NCBI RefSeq assembly: GCF_051858995.1
Contig: NZ_JBHYGN010000014.1
Span: 12,468 to 76,467, forward strand
Direction: 5' to 3'
Length of the DNA: 64,000 nucleotides
Origin: Brevundimonas sp.
Lineage (GTDB): Bacteria; Pseudomonadota; Alphaproteobacteria; Caulobacterales; Caulobacteraceae
In this document: piece by piece, positions 1-8,113 of the stretch
Layout of the letters: each line of letters begins with the position of its first letter
Numbering within the stretch: position 1 is the stretch's first letter
Notes under the pieces: model-generated
Database searches by the model: none
The model's input: only the letters and a program-made list of their open reading frames with translations
What the model was told of the DNA's origin: nothing
Position numbers and translations under genes: made by a program

Positions 1-54
1 ATCGGCACCAAGCGTCTGGAACGGCTGATCGATCAGTTCGAGACCATGGTCTGA
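1..54 (+). CDS. 3' end of a gene entering from the left edge (IGTKRLERLIDQFETMV*), product not identified
   Basis: Open frame from base 1 to TGA at 52-54 with high-GC3 codons; too short to assign. Confidence 0.5.
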   Translation: MGTKRLERLIDQFETMV

Positions 55-91
55 GTTGACCCGACGGCGGGGGCGGGCGACCGTCCCGGCC

Positions 92-1462
92 ATGCGTATC
101 CTGATCCTCGCGGCTGCCGCCCTCCTCGCCCTGCCCTCGGCCGCCCAGACGCCGACGCCCGCGCCCTCGGCGAGCGTCCGCGCCATGGCGGCGGGGTACA
201 AGGCGCTGACGGTGTGTAGTGCATTGAAGACGGCTCAGGAGGCTGGGGGAACGCGGACGCTGGAAAGCGTCGAGGCCAACGAACTGGTCGGCATCTATCC
301 GGAGCTGGACGGGCTGGTGCGCGAGATGCCGGTGGAGATTGGCCGGGATGGGGTCTCGGTCGCCTGGGACCAGGCCATGCCGCCGCGCATCGCCGCCTAC
401 ACCCGCTCATGGGGCTGCCGGATCCTGCCCGTGGGCGCGACCGGATCGCGCCGACAGATCATGCCCTACGGTGGCCGTGTCCCCGAACAGCCTCTGCAGG
501 CGGCGGAGCCCCGTGGAGACACGGTGCGTCTGGAGGAGGCGGTCAACGGCGCCTTTGGCGGTGAGTTCGGCGAGGGGGTGAACACCACGGCGGTGGTCGT
601 GCTCCAGGGCGGTCGGATGGTCGCGGAGCGCTACGCCGAGGGCTTTGGCCCGGACACCCCGCAGCGGACCTGGTCGGTGGCGAAGAGTCTGGCCGGCACG
701 ATCGTCGGGGCCGCGGTCCAGCGTGGCGAAGTCGATGTGAATGCGCCGGCCGATATCCTCGACTGGGCGGCCTCGACCGGTCTGGGCGGCCAGGACCTTG
801 GCGAGCGCGACCCTCGGGCGGCGATCACGCTGGACCAACTGCTGCGGATGTCGTCCGGCCTGACCAGCGACACGTCGGGGAATCGGACAGACGCCATCTA
901 TTTCGGCGGCGTGGGGGTGGATGAGCAGGTCACGAACTGGCCCCTGATCGCCCGGCCCGGATCGCGCTTCCGCTACGCCAACAACGACATTCTGCTGGCC
1001 ATGCTGGCGATGGATCGGACCTTCTACGCCCATCCTCCCGCGGAGTTGTTCCGGCGTCTGGGGATGACCGATACAGTCGCGGAAGTCGACTGGCGGATGA
1101 ACTACGTCCTCTCCAGCCAGGTCTGGAGCACCGCCCACGACCTTGCTCGCTTCGGCCAGCTCTACGCAAACGACGGCGTCTGGAACGGCGAGCGCATCCT
1201 GCCGGAGAACTGGCTGGAATATGTCTCCACGCCGTCGGGCCCGCAGCCCAATGGCGAGCAGGGCTATGGCGCGACCTTCTGGCTAATGAACCGGTCGGAA
1301 GGCGTTCCGGCCGACACCATCTCGGCCAACGGCAACCGAGGCCAGTACGTCATCATCGTGCCCAGCCGGAACATCGTCATCGTCCGCCGGGGCGAGGACC
1401 CGACGGGCAAGCGGTTCGATCCCATCGCCTTCACCCGCGACGTGCTGGCGGCCCTGGACTGA
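92..1462 (+). CDS. Secreted serine hydrolase, beta-lactamase/AmpC-like family
   Basis: Signal peptide from ATG 92 (MRILILAAAALLAL); SxxK motif (WSVAKS), YxN-like motif (YANND), C-terminal GNRGQ. Confidence 0.85.
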   Translation: MRILILAAAALLALPSAAQTPTPAPSASVRAMAAGYKALTVCSALKTAQEAGGTRTLESVEANELVGIYPELDGLVREMPVEIGRDGVSVAWDQAMPPRIAAYTRSWGCRILPVGATGSRRQIMPYGGRVPEQPLQAAEPRGDTVRLEEAVNGAFGGEFGEGVNTTAVVVLQGGRMVAERYAEGFGPDTPQRTWSVAKSLAGTIVGAAVQRGEVDVNAPADILDWAASTGLGGQDLGERDPRAAITLDQLLRMSSGLTSDTSGNRTDAIYFGGVGVDEQVTNWPLIARPGSRFRYANNDILLAMLAMDRTFYAHPPAELFRRLGMTDTVAEVDWRMNYVLSSQVWSTAHDLARFGQLYANDGVWNGERILPENWLEYVSTPSGPQPNGEQGYGATFWLMNRSEGVPADTISANGNRGQYVIIVPSRNIVIVRRGEDPTGKRFDPIAFTRDVLAALD

Positions 1463-1548
1463 GCTGAAATGGCGCGCCCCGCTTGAGCCTGAGCGCGGCC
1501 CCGCTATAAGGGCGGCGAACGTTTATTCCCGAATCCGGATCCGACCCC

Positions 1549-1791
1549 ATGGCCGACCCTCACGCCCACGACGACTATGTTCGCGGCTCGATGGAAATCA
1601 GCGAGCAGAAGTCGACCTACGATCTGTTCATGGCGCTGTCGAAATACGGTTCGCTGGCCATCGTGGCCCTGCTGACCTTCTTGACTATCGGCTTCATGTA
1701 CGACGGCAGCCTGCTGGTCGGCTTTGGCGCGGCGATCGTCCTGCTGGTCGCGGGCGTCTTCTTCCTGCGCTCGCCGAAGAAGGCCCACTGA
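1549..1791 (+). CDS. aa3-type cytochrome c oxidase subunit IV
   Basis: 80 aa; N-terminal DYVRGSMEISEQKSTYDLF followed by hydrophobic helices, typical of the alphaproteobacterial family usually found beside pntA. Confidence 0.8.
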   Translation: MADPHAHDDYVRGSMEISEQKSTYDLFMALSKYGSLAIVALLTFLTIGFMYDGSLLVGFGAAIVLLVAGVFFLRSPKKAH

Positions 1792-1840
1792 GGCCCGGCC
1801 GCGAGAGCGGCGGACCACAGACAATCCGAATGAGGAAGGG

Positions 1841-1868
1841 CCGGGCTGTTCAGACAGTCCGGTTTTTT
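1841..1868 (+). terminator. Intrinsic terminator after cox IV, possibly bidirectional
   Basis: Stem CCGGGCTGT/ACAGTCCGG with loop TCAG, followed by TTTTTT. Confidence 0.8.
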
Positions 1869-2045
1869 CGCGTCCGGGCGTCAGGTCAGATGTGAGGGGA
1901 GGGCTTCTTCGCGTCTGCGAAACGGGTCCACGGCCCAACTCTCTGGCGAATCCGAGGATCACGCCGAGGCCGTTGGGCCGTTTCCCGCCTTCTGAAGCCT
2001 GTTCAGCGTATCAGCGAGCCGCTGCAGCGCCAGAGGCTGCGTTGG
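1841..2045 (-). ncRNA. Candidate structured small RNA; strand uncertain
   Basis: No credible ORF between convergent genes; perfect 9-bp stem 1931-1939/1972-1980 with inner stems; CU-rich CCCUCCCCUCAC on the minus strand; sigma70-like promoter at 2048-2076. Confidence 0.35.
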
Positions 2046-2076
2046 AAATTATGCTGCGCCGCAGCATAATCGGGAA
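2042..2076. promoter_or_regulatory. Palindromic operator overlapping two mirror-image sigma70-like promoters
   Basis: ATTATGCTGC-GCC-GCAGCATAAT (2048-2070); plus strand TTGGAA-N17-CATAAT, minus strand TTCCCG-N17-CATAAT. Confidence 0.5.
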
Positions 2077-2120
2077 CGGTGTTGCGTGGATGCACCACGC
2101 CACGGGCCGCCGTGGGTCGA

Positions 2121-4028
2121 TCAGACCCCGGCGACCGCGCGCAGGGCCGAGTGGGCGTTCGAGCCGCTCGGGATGGTGCTGACGCTGACGCCCGCCTCGT
2201 CCGGGACGGCCAGGTAGCCGGCCTTGGCCGCGGCGTCGCCCAGGCGGCGGCGCGAGGTCAGGACCACCAGCGGGGCCGAGAACAGCAGGGGCAGGACCAC
2301 CGGGGCGAACCAGGTGATCAGGTCCGGGCGGACGCACAGGCCGGCGCAGAACAGCAGGCCCACGCCCATCTGCCAGCGCATGGCGCGGAAGGCGTCGCGC
2401 CAGCTGACGCCGTCAGCGTCGCGGTCCTGGGCCTTCCAGCCGGCGTCGTGGCCCGAGGCGATCTGGATGATGGCCTTGGTGTTGGCGACCATCATGATCG
2501 GGGCGATCAGGGCGGACAGGAAGATTTCCATGGCCATGCCCTTGGCGATGCGCTTGCCGCCGCCGAAGGCGCGACGCTCGCGCGGACGGCTGAGGACCAG
2601 AAGGCCGCCCATGATCTTCGGACCGATCAGCAGCATGCCCGACAGCAGGGTGGCCAGCATGAAGGGCGAGAACTCGGGGTGAAGCAGGTAGGCGAACGAC
2701 GACCAGTCGATCGGGTACTGCAGCTGGATCACCATCCCGGCGATCAGCGAGGCCAGCCACAGGGGCGACGAGAAGTAGGCCATGAAGCCCATGGCCATCT
2801 GGACACGGTTCATCACGGTCATGCTGCGGGTCTTCAGCAGGCCCAGGTGCTGCATGTTGCCCTGGCACCAACGGTGATCGCGCTGGATGAAGTCCAGCAT
2901 GGTAGCCGGGGTTTCCTCGCAGCTGCCGTCAAGGGCGGCGGTGACGTGCACAGCCCAGCCGGCGCGGCGCAGCAGGGCGGCCTCGACCGTATCGTGGCTC
3001 AGGATGGCGCCGCCGAACGGCTCGCGCCCCGGCAGGATCGGCAGGTGAGCGGTCGAGGCGAAGGCCTCGGTGCGCAGGATGGCGTTGTGGCCCCAGTAGC
3101 TGGCTTCCGAGCCGGCCCACCAGGCCAGGCCGGCGGCGGCGACGCGACCGTAAAGGCGCACACTGAACTGCGACACGCGGGCGAACAGGGTCTGGCCCTT
3201 GATGATGGTGGGGGTGGTCTGCAGCAGGCCGATGCCCGGATTGCGCTCCATGCAGTCGACCATGCGCAGGATGGTCTCACCAGCCATGGTCGAGTCGGCG
3301 TCCAGCACCAGCATGAACGGATAGGCGCCGCCGAAACGCTGGGTCCATTCCGACAGGTTGCCGCACTTGCGCTCGATGTTCTTCTCGCGACGGCGATAGA
3401 AGACGCGGCTGTGGGCGTGGGCGCGGAAGCCCAGATAGGCCTGATGCTCCTGATCAGCCGCTTCCGGCTTGGTCGAGTCGCTCAGGACGAAGATGTCGAA
3501 GGCGTCCGAGACGCCGAGGCGGGCCAGCGAATTGTCGATGACAGCCAGGCGCGCGAAGGCGGCGCGGGCGTCCTCGTTGTACAGCGGCATCAGCAGGGCG
3601 GTGCGCTGGGTCGGCTCGGCCGGATGCGGGGCGAAGGCCAGATCATCCTGCTCACGGCCGGTCATCAGGACCCAGAAGCCGATGGCGGCGCTGGAGAACC
3701 AACAGCCGATGGCGGTGATCAGCACGCCGAAGATGACCAGCGAGGTCACTTCCAGCGAATCGAAGCCGTTGCGGGCGAACAGGGCCACCGGCGCGATCAG
3801 GGCTAGGGCGGTAACAAGCGCGGTCAGAACGGCCAGCGCCAGACGACGGCCGCCGACGTTCACAGGCGAGGTCGCCGGAGTCGGGACGTCAGGCGTCGCA
3901 TCCCAGCTGTTCAGGGACTGGCGCGGCATCGCCATCGGCGCTTCGTCCGGCAGCCAGGTCCATGCCGGGCGGTCATTCTGGCTCGACGCGGCGTTGGCGA
4001 CGTCGATCCGGATCGCTTGATTGCTCAT
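2121..4028 (-). CDS. opgH: Glucans biosynthesis glucosyltransferase H (GT2)
   Basis: MPLYNED, LDADS, LSHDTVEA and RDHRWCQGN motifs plus flanking TM helices; start moved to ATG 4028. Confidence 0.9.
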   Translation of the reverse strand: MSNQAIRIDVANAASSQNDRPAWTWLPDEAPMAMPRQSLNSWDATPDVPTPATSPVNVGGRRLALAVLTALVTALALIAPVALFARNGFDSLEVTSLVIFGVLITAIGCWFSSAAIGFWVLMTGREQDDLAFAPHPAEPTQRTALLMPLYNEDARAAFARLAVIDNSLARLGVSDAFDIFVLSDSTKPEAADQEHQAYLGFRAHAHSRVFYRRREKNIERKCGNLSEWTQRFGGAYPFMLVLDADSTMAGETILRMVDCMERNPGIGLLQTTPTIIKGQTLFARVSQFSVRLYGRVAAAGLAWWAGSEASYWGHNAILRTEAFASTAHLPILPGREPFGGAILSHDTVEAALLRRAGWAVHVTAALDGSCEETPATMLDFIQRDHRWCQGNMQHLGLLKTRSMTVMNRVQMAMGFMAYFSSPLWLASLIAGMVIQLQYPIDWSSFAYLLHPEFSPFMLATLLSGMLLIGPKIMGGLLVLSRPRERRAFGGGKRIAKGMAMEIFLSALIAPIMMVANTKAIIQIASGHDAGWKAQDRDADGVSWRDAFRAMRWQMGVGLLFCAGLCVRPDLITWFAPVVLPLLFSAPLVVLTSRRRLGDAAAKAGYLAVPDEAGVSVSTIPSGSNAHSALRAVAGV

Positions 4029-4214
4029 TCTCGGTTCAGGCCTCTGATCCCGCCACCGGCCGGGGCGCCGGACGGGATTTGCTGCATTGCAACACACCTG
4101 CAATGTCGATCACTTCCGCGCGATTTTCAATCACGCAATGGTGAAGAGGCGAAGTTTTTTTGGATCAGGCGGCGGTCAGGGCGTTTGCGGGGCGCCCTGA
4201 ACCGGGACGCAGCG

Positions 4215-5981
4215 TCAGTCGCGCTCGGCGTGGGCCTTCAGACGGCGATCCAGCACCCAGGCGGCGACTCCGACCCACCCGACCAGGATAACGGCATAGC
4301 CGCGCTCCCACCAGCCGACATTGGCGTCATTCACCGTTCCCGGCAGGACCAGATGGTAGGTGAACAGGGTCAGCACGGCCATGGCCACGAAAACCACGAC
4401 GAGGAACAGCTTGAGCCGCTTCATGTCGACGTGACTCCACAGGCCCCAGAGCAGCAGCAGGGGCGCCAGCTGGATGCCGAGGCCCAGGTTGATGGCCATG
4501 TGGCGCGGGTCCGGCCAGGGGAAGAGGCTGGAGGCCGACAGGCCGATCCCGGCCAGGATGAAGACGATGGCCGTCAGCCCGGCCACGAACCAGCGCCGGG
4601 TCAGGGCGTGGATGGCCAGGCCGAAGCCGACGCCCGCAGCCATGCACATGGCGCCGGCCAGAAAGACGCCGCCGTTGAAGATCAGGGGGATGGGCGCCGA
4701 GGCCCCGCCCAGTTCGCTGAGGTACTGGCGCGCATGATTGAAGCCGGGCCAGGTCGCCACCGCGATCACGACCGCCACGGCGGCCAGCACCGGGGCGGCC
4801 ATGCCGATCCACAGCAGGCGGCGACGGCGATGGTAGCGGGGACGGCCCTCGGGGGGCGGGAAGGGCTTCAGCCCCCAGATCGGACGGATCAGGGGGATAC
4901 GCCGCACGATCTCATAGATCAGCAGGCTGACCCCGAAGGTGATGCCGACCAGCGTCAGGGCCTCGGCGGGCGCGGGCAGGTTGGCCGGGCGGATGAACCA
5001 GACCGCCGCCACCAGGACCGTCTGGTGCGCCAGATAGAGGGGGAAGGTGGCGTCCACCAGATAGGGTAGGGCCGGGCCACGGGTGTTGCGCAGATAACGG
5101 CTGCCGTAGCCGAGGATCGCGGCGATCACGGCCCACTGATCGATAGCGAAGACGATGGCGCGCGGAATCCCGAACCACGTCCCGCCGCCGGGGTGCCACG
5201 CCTGCACCATCATGATCGGCAGGGCGATCAGGGCGACGATCAGGGACTGGTGGCGGCGACGCTCCAGCTCGGCCCACAGCGCCTCGTGCCGAACCATCAG
5301 GAAGCCGAACAGGAAGGCCCCCAGCGACAGGAAGTGGTTGTAGAAGTCCCAGGTCAGCTTGTTGGTGATGCCGAAGATCGGGAACAGCACGATCCGGATC
5401 ACGATCAGATAGACCAGCGGCACGACCAGCACGCGCCAGCCGGCCGTGTGCTTCACCAGCCAGGCCTCGGCCTTCGCCATCAGGCCCGGACGCGTCGTCA
5501 GGCCGATGGTGATCAGGCTGTAGACCGTGATGTAGACGATGAACCACAGGTGATTGACCGGCACCCCGTTGGCCAGGCCCGACGGGCTGAACTCATGCCA
5601 CAGCCAGTCGGCGAAATTGCCGGTGAAGCCGCCCTTGTCGATCGCCTCGACGAAGGACTGGATCGGCACCAGCGCCAGGGCGCCGAACAGTAGCGGCGGA
5701 ATCAGTCGCTCGACGCGGGCGCGCAGGGTCTGGGCCGGGCTGCGTCGGGCGGTCATGAAGCGCAGGGCCGCGCCGGAGACCAGGAACAGCAGGGTCAGTC
5801 GCCACGGATTGGTCAGCAGCAGGGCTTCGTGCAGCCAACTGAAGGTATGGGTGCTGTGGATGTGCCAGTCGTACGGCGCATAGACCAGGGCCACATGGTA
5901 GAGGATCAGCAGGCCGAACGCGGCGACCCGGATCCAGTCCAGGTCGTTGCGACGCGCACTCGGGGCGGGGGGAGCTGACAC
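4215..5981 (-). CDS. OpgC/MdoC-like acyltransferase-3 fused to a C-terminal DUF998-like membrane domain
   Basis: RRNDLDWIRVAAFGLLILYH...W...LLFLVSG (AT3); then YLSELG-containing multi-TM domain; GTG start at 5981. The longer 996-aa ORF extension is a shadow of pntAA. Confidence 0.75.
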   Translation of the reverse strand: MSAPPAPSARRNDLDWIRVAAFGLLILYHVALVYAPYDWHIHSTHTFSWLHEALLLTNPWRLTLLFLVSGAALRFMTARRSPAQTLRARVERLIPPLLFGALALVPIQSFVEAIDKGGFTGNFADWLWHEFSPSGLANGVPVNHLWFIVYITVYSLITIGLTTRPGLMAKAEAWLVKHTAGWRVLVVPLVYLIVIRIVLFPIFGITNKLTWDFYNHFLSLGAFLFGFLMVRHEALWAELERRRHQSLIVALIALPIMMVQAWHPGGGTWFGIPRAIVFAIDQWAVIAAILGYGSRYLRNTRGPALPYLVDATFPLYLAHQTVLVAAVWFIRPANLPAPAEALTLVGITFGVSLLIYEIVRRIPLIRPIWGLKPFPPPEGRPRYHRRRRLLWIGMAAPVLAAVAVVIAVATWPGFNHARQYLSELGGASAPIPLIFNGGVFLAGAMCMAAGVGFGLAIHALTRRWFVAGLTAIVFILAGIGLSASSLFPWPDPRHMAINLGLGIQLAPLLLLWGLWSHVDMKRLKLFLVVVFVAMAVLTLFTYHLVLPGTVNDANVGWWERGYAVILVGWVGVAAWVLDRRLKAHAERD

Positions 5982-6089
5982 GCGGGCGTCTATGGTCGAG
6001 CGCGGGCCGCCTGTCCATGCGGTCCGTTTTGACGCGCTGTCGAAGAACAGCCTAACGTCGCTCCATAAAAGAATGAGGGAGGGATTCGC

Positions 6090-7220
6090 TTGGCCGTCGC
6101 CATCGCCGTGACCCGCGAGCGCCGTGAGGGCGAGACTCGCTGCGCCGTCACTCCCGAGACCGTGAAAAAGCTGATCGCGCTGGGCGCGACCGTGACGGTC
6201 GAGGCTGGAACGGGGTCGGGCTCCTCCATCCCTGACGCTGACTATGAGGCCGCGGGCGCGACCGTGGCCAAGGACACCAAGGCGGTCCTGACCGGGGCGG
6301 ATATCCTGCTGAAGGTGCGAGGCCCGACCGCGCAGGAAATCAGCGCGCTCAAGCCCGGCGCCATCGTGGCCGCCATGCTGGACGCCTATCGCGAGAAGGA
6401 CACGGTGCAGGCCCTGGCCGGGGCTGGGACGACCGCCTTCGCCATGGAGTTCGTGCCGCGCATCACCCGCGCGCAGGTCATGGACGTGCTGTCCTCGCAG
6501 GCCAACCTCGCGGGCTACCGCGCGGTGATCGAGGCGGCATACGCCTACGGCAAGGGCTTCCCGATGATGATGACGGCGGCGGGCACGGTCGCCGCGGCCA
6601 AGGTCTTCGTCATGGGCGCGGGCGTCGCGGGGCTGCAGGCCATCGCCACCGCCCGGCGTCTGGGCGCGGTGGTTACCGCCACCGACGTGCGCCCGGCGTC
6701 GAAGGAGCAGGTCGAGTCGCTGGGCGCGAAATTCGTCGCCGTCGAGGACGAGGAGTTCAAGGCCGCCGAGACCGCCGCCGGCTACGCCAAGCCCATGTCG
6801 GCCGAATATCAGGCCAAGCAGGCCGAGCTGACGGCGTCGCACATCGTCAAGCAGGACATCGTCATCACCACCGCCCTGATCCCGGGGCGTCCGGCGCCGC
6901 GTCTGGTCACTGCGGCGCATGTGGCCTTGATGAAGCCCGGCTCGGTGCTGGTCGATCTGGCCATCGACAACGGCGGCAATGTCGAAGGGGCGAAGCTGGG
7001 CGAGGTGGTCACCACCCCGAACGGCGTCCAGATCGTCGGCTGGTCCAACCTGCCGGGTCGGGTCGCGGCGGACGCCTCGGCGCTCTACGCCCGCAACCTG
7101 GTCGCCTTCGTCGGCCTGTTCGTGAAGGACGGCGCGCTGGCGGTGGATCTGGAGGACGAAATCCTCAAGGCATCCGTGGTCACCAGCGGCGGCGCGGTGG
7201 TGCATGAGGGGGTGAGGTAA
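6090..7220 (+). CDS. pntAA: NAD(P) transhydrogenase subunit alpha part 1 (dI)
   Basis: ETRCAVTPE, RITRAQVMDVLSSQANLAGY, GAGVAGLQA, DIVITTALIPG. Confidence 0.93.
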   Translation: MAVAIAVTRERREGETRCAVTPETVKKLIALGATVTVEAGTGSGSSIPDADYEAAGATVAKDTKAVLTGADILLKVRGPTAQEISALKPGAIVAAMLDAYREKDTVQALAGAGTTAFAMEFVPRITRAQVMDVLSSQANLAGYRAVIEAAYAYGKGFPMMMTAAGTVAAAKVFVMGAGVAGLQAIATARRLGAVVTATDVRPASKEQVESLGAKFVAVEDEEFKAAETAAGYAKPMSAEYQAKQAELTASHIVKQDIVITTALIPGRPAPRLVTAAHVALMKPGSVLVDLAIDNGGNVEGAKLGEVVTTPNGVQIVGWSNLPGRVAADASALYARNLVAFVGLFVKDGALAVDLEDEILKASVVTSGGAVVHEGVR

Positions 7221-7472
7221 ATGTTGTCGGATAATTTGCGCGATTTTCTTCGGGCTGCGGCGTGGATCTTAATGGCGGCTGGAGTGCTGCTGGCGATCCT
7301 GTCGGGGTTGCGGCAGTTCGGCGTGATCTCGCCGCCGATCATCAATGTGAATGGCAATCCCATCTTCACCGGAGTGTCGCTGGCGGCCTCTGCGGCTGGC
7401 AGCCTTGTTCAGGGAGGAATTCTGCTGGTCCTCCTGAGCATTGACGAGCGCATTCAGAACCGGGGCCAGTGA
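7221..7472 (+). CDS. Hypothetical small membrane protein (83 aa, 2 TM) inside the pnt operon
   Basis: ATG abuts the pntAA stop and TGA abuts the pntAB ATG; hydrophobic; AT-richer codons. Confidence 0.6.
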   Translation: MLSDNLRDFLRAAAWILMAAGVLLAILSGLRQFGVISPPIINVNGNPIFTGVSLAASAAGSLVQGGILLVLLSIDERIQNRGQ

Positions 7473-7805
7473 ATGGAACACGTCGATCCCACCATCTTCC
7501 GGCTGGCCATCTTCGTGCTGGCGATCTTCGTCGGCTACTACGTGGTCTGGAGCGTCACGCCGGCCCTGCACACGCCGTTGATGGCCGTGACCAACGCCAT
7601 CTCGTCCGTGATCATCGTCGGGGGCCTGATCGCCGCCGCCGCGACCGCCTCGGGCGGGGACGGCTGGATCGCCAAGGGGGCGGGCGTGGCCGCCGTGACC
7701 CTGGCCAGCGTCAACATCTTCGGCGGCTTCATGGTCACGCGGCGCATGCTGGCCATGTACCGCAAGAAGGAGAAGCCCAAGGTCGCGGAGCCCGCCGCCT
7801 CGTGA
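7473..7805 (+). CDS. pntAB: NAD(P) transhydrogenase subunit alpha part 2
   Basis: VTPALHTPLMAVTNAISS and NIFGGFMVTRRML. Confidence 0.93.
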   Translation: MEHVDPTIFRLAIFVLAIFVGYYVVWSVTPALHTPLMAVTNAISSVIIVGGLIAAAATASGGDGWIAKGAGVAAVTLASVNIFGGFMVTRRMLAMYRKKEKPKVAEPAAS

Positions 7806-8113
7806 GCTTCGATATCCCCACCGCCGTCTTCTGGGTCTCGATCACCGGTCTGGTGGTCGGCGCCGGGCTGTGGGCGTGGTCCTTCATCGAGGCGCATCCG
7901 ATCCGTCGTCTGCGCCAGATGGATTGCGGGACCGTGCTGGTCTTCTCGTCGATCCTCCTGCGCTTCGTCGGGCAGGGGAAGTCGCTGAGCGTGATCGAGT
8001 GGGCGCTGGCCCTGCTGTCGCCCCTGTTCGTGGCGGCGGCGCTGTGGCGGCTGACCCGGACGGCCTGTCCGGCGAAGGGGCCGATGAAACATAACAAGGG
8101 GGGAACGGCATGA
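7802..8113 (+). CDS. Hypothetical small membrane protein (103 aa, about 3 TM) inside the pnt operon
   Basis: GTGA overlap with the pntAB stop and ATGA overlap with the pntB start; MSFDIPTAVFWVSITGLVVGAGLW...; host-like codons. Confidence 0.65.
   Translation: MSFDIPTAVFWVSITGLVVGAGLWAWSFIEAHPIRRLRQMDCGTVLVFSSILLRFVGQGKSLSVIEWALALLSPLFVAAALWRLTRTACPAKGPMKHNKGGTA

Noticed and set aside
1917-1990. Glycine riboswitch or 6S RNA identity for the structured region
   Set aside because: Only a superficial AACTCTC.GGC likeness; lacks the GGAGA/CCGAAG core, has no downstream gene, and is not in the usual 6S context
5982-7205. N-terminal 400 aa of the 996-aa ORF 4215..7205
   Set aside because: Antisense to pntAA; the real acyltransferase starts near 5981
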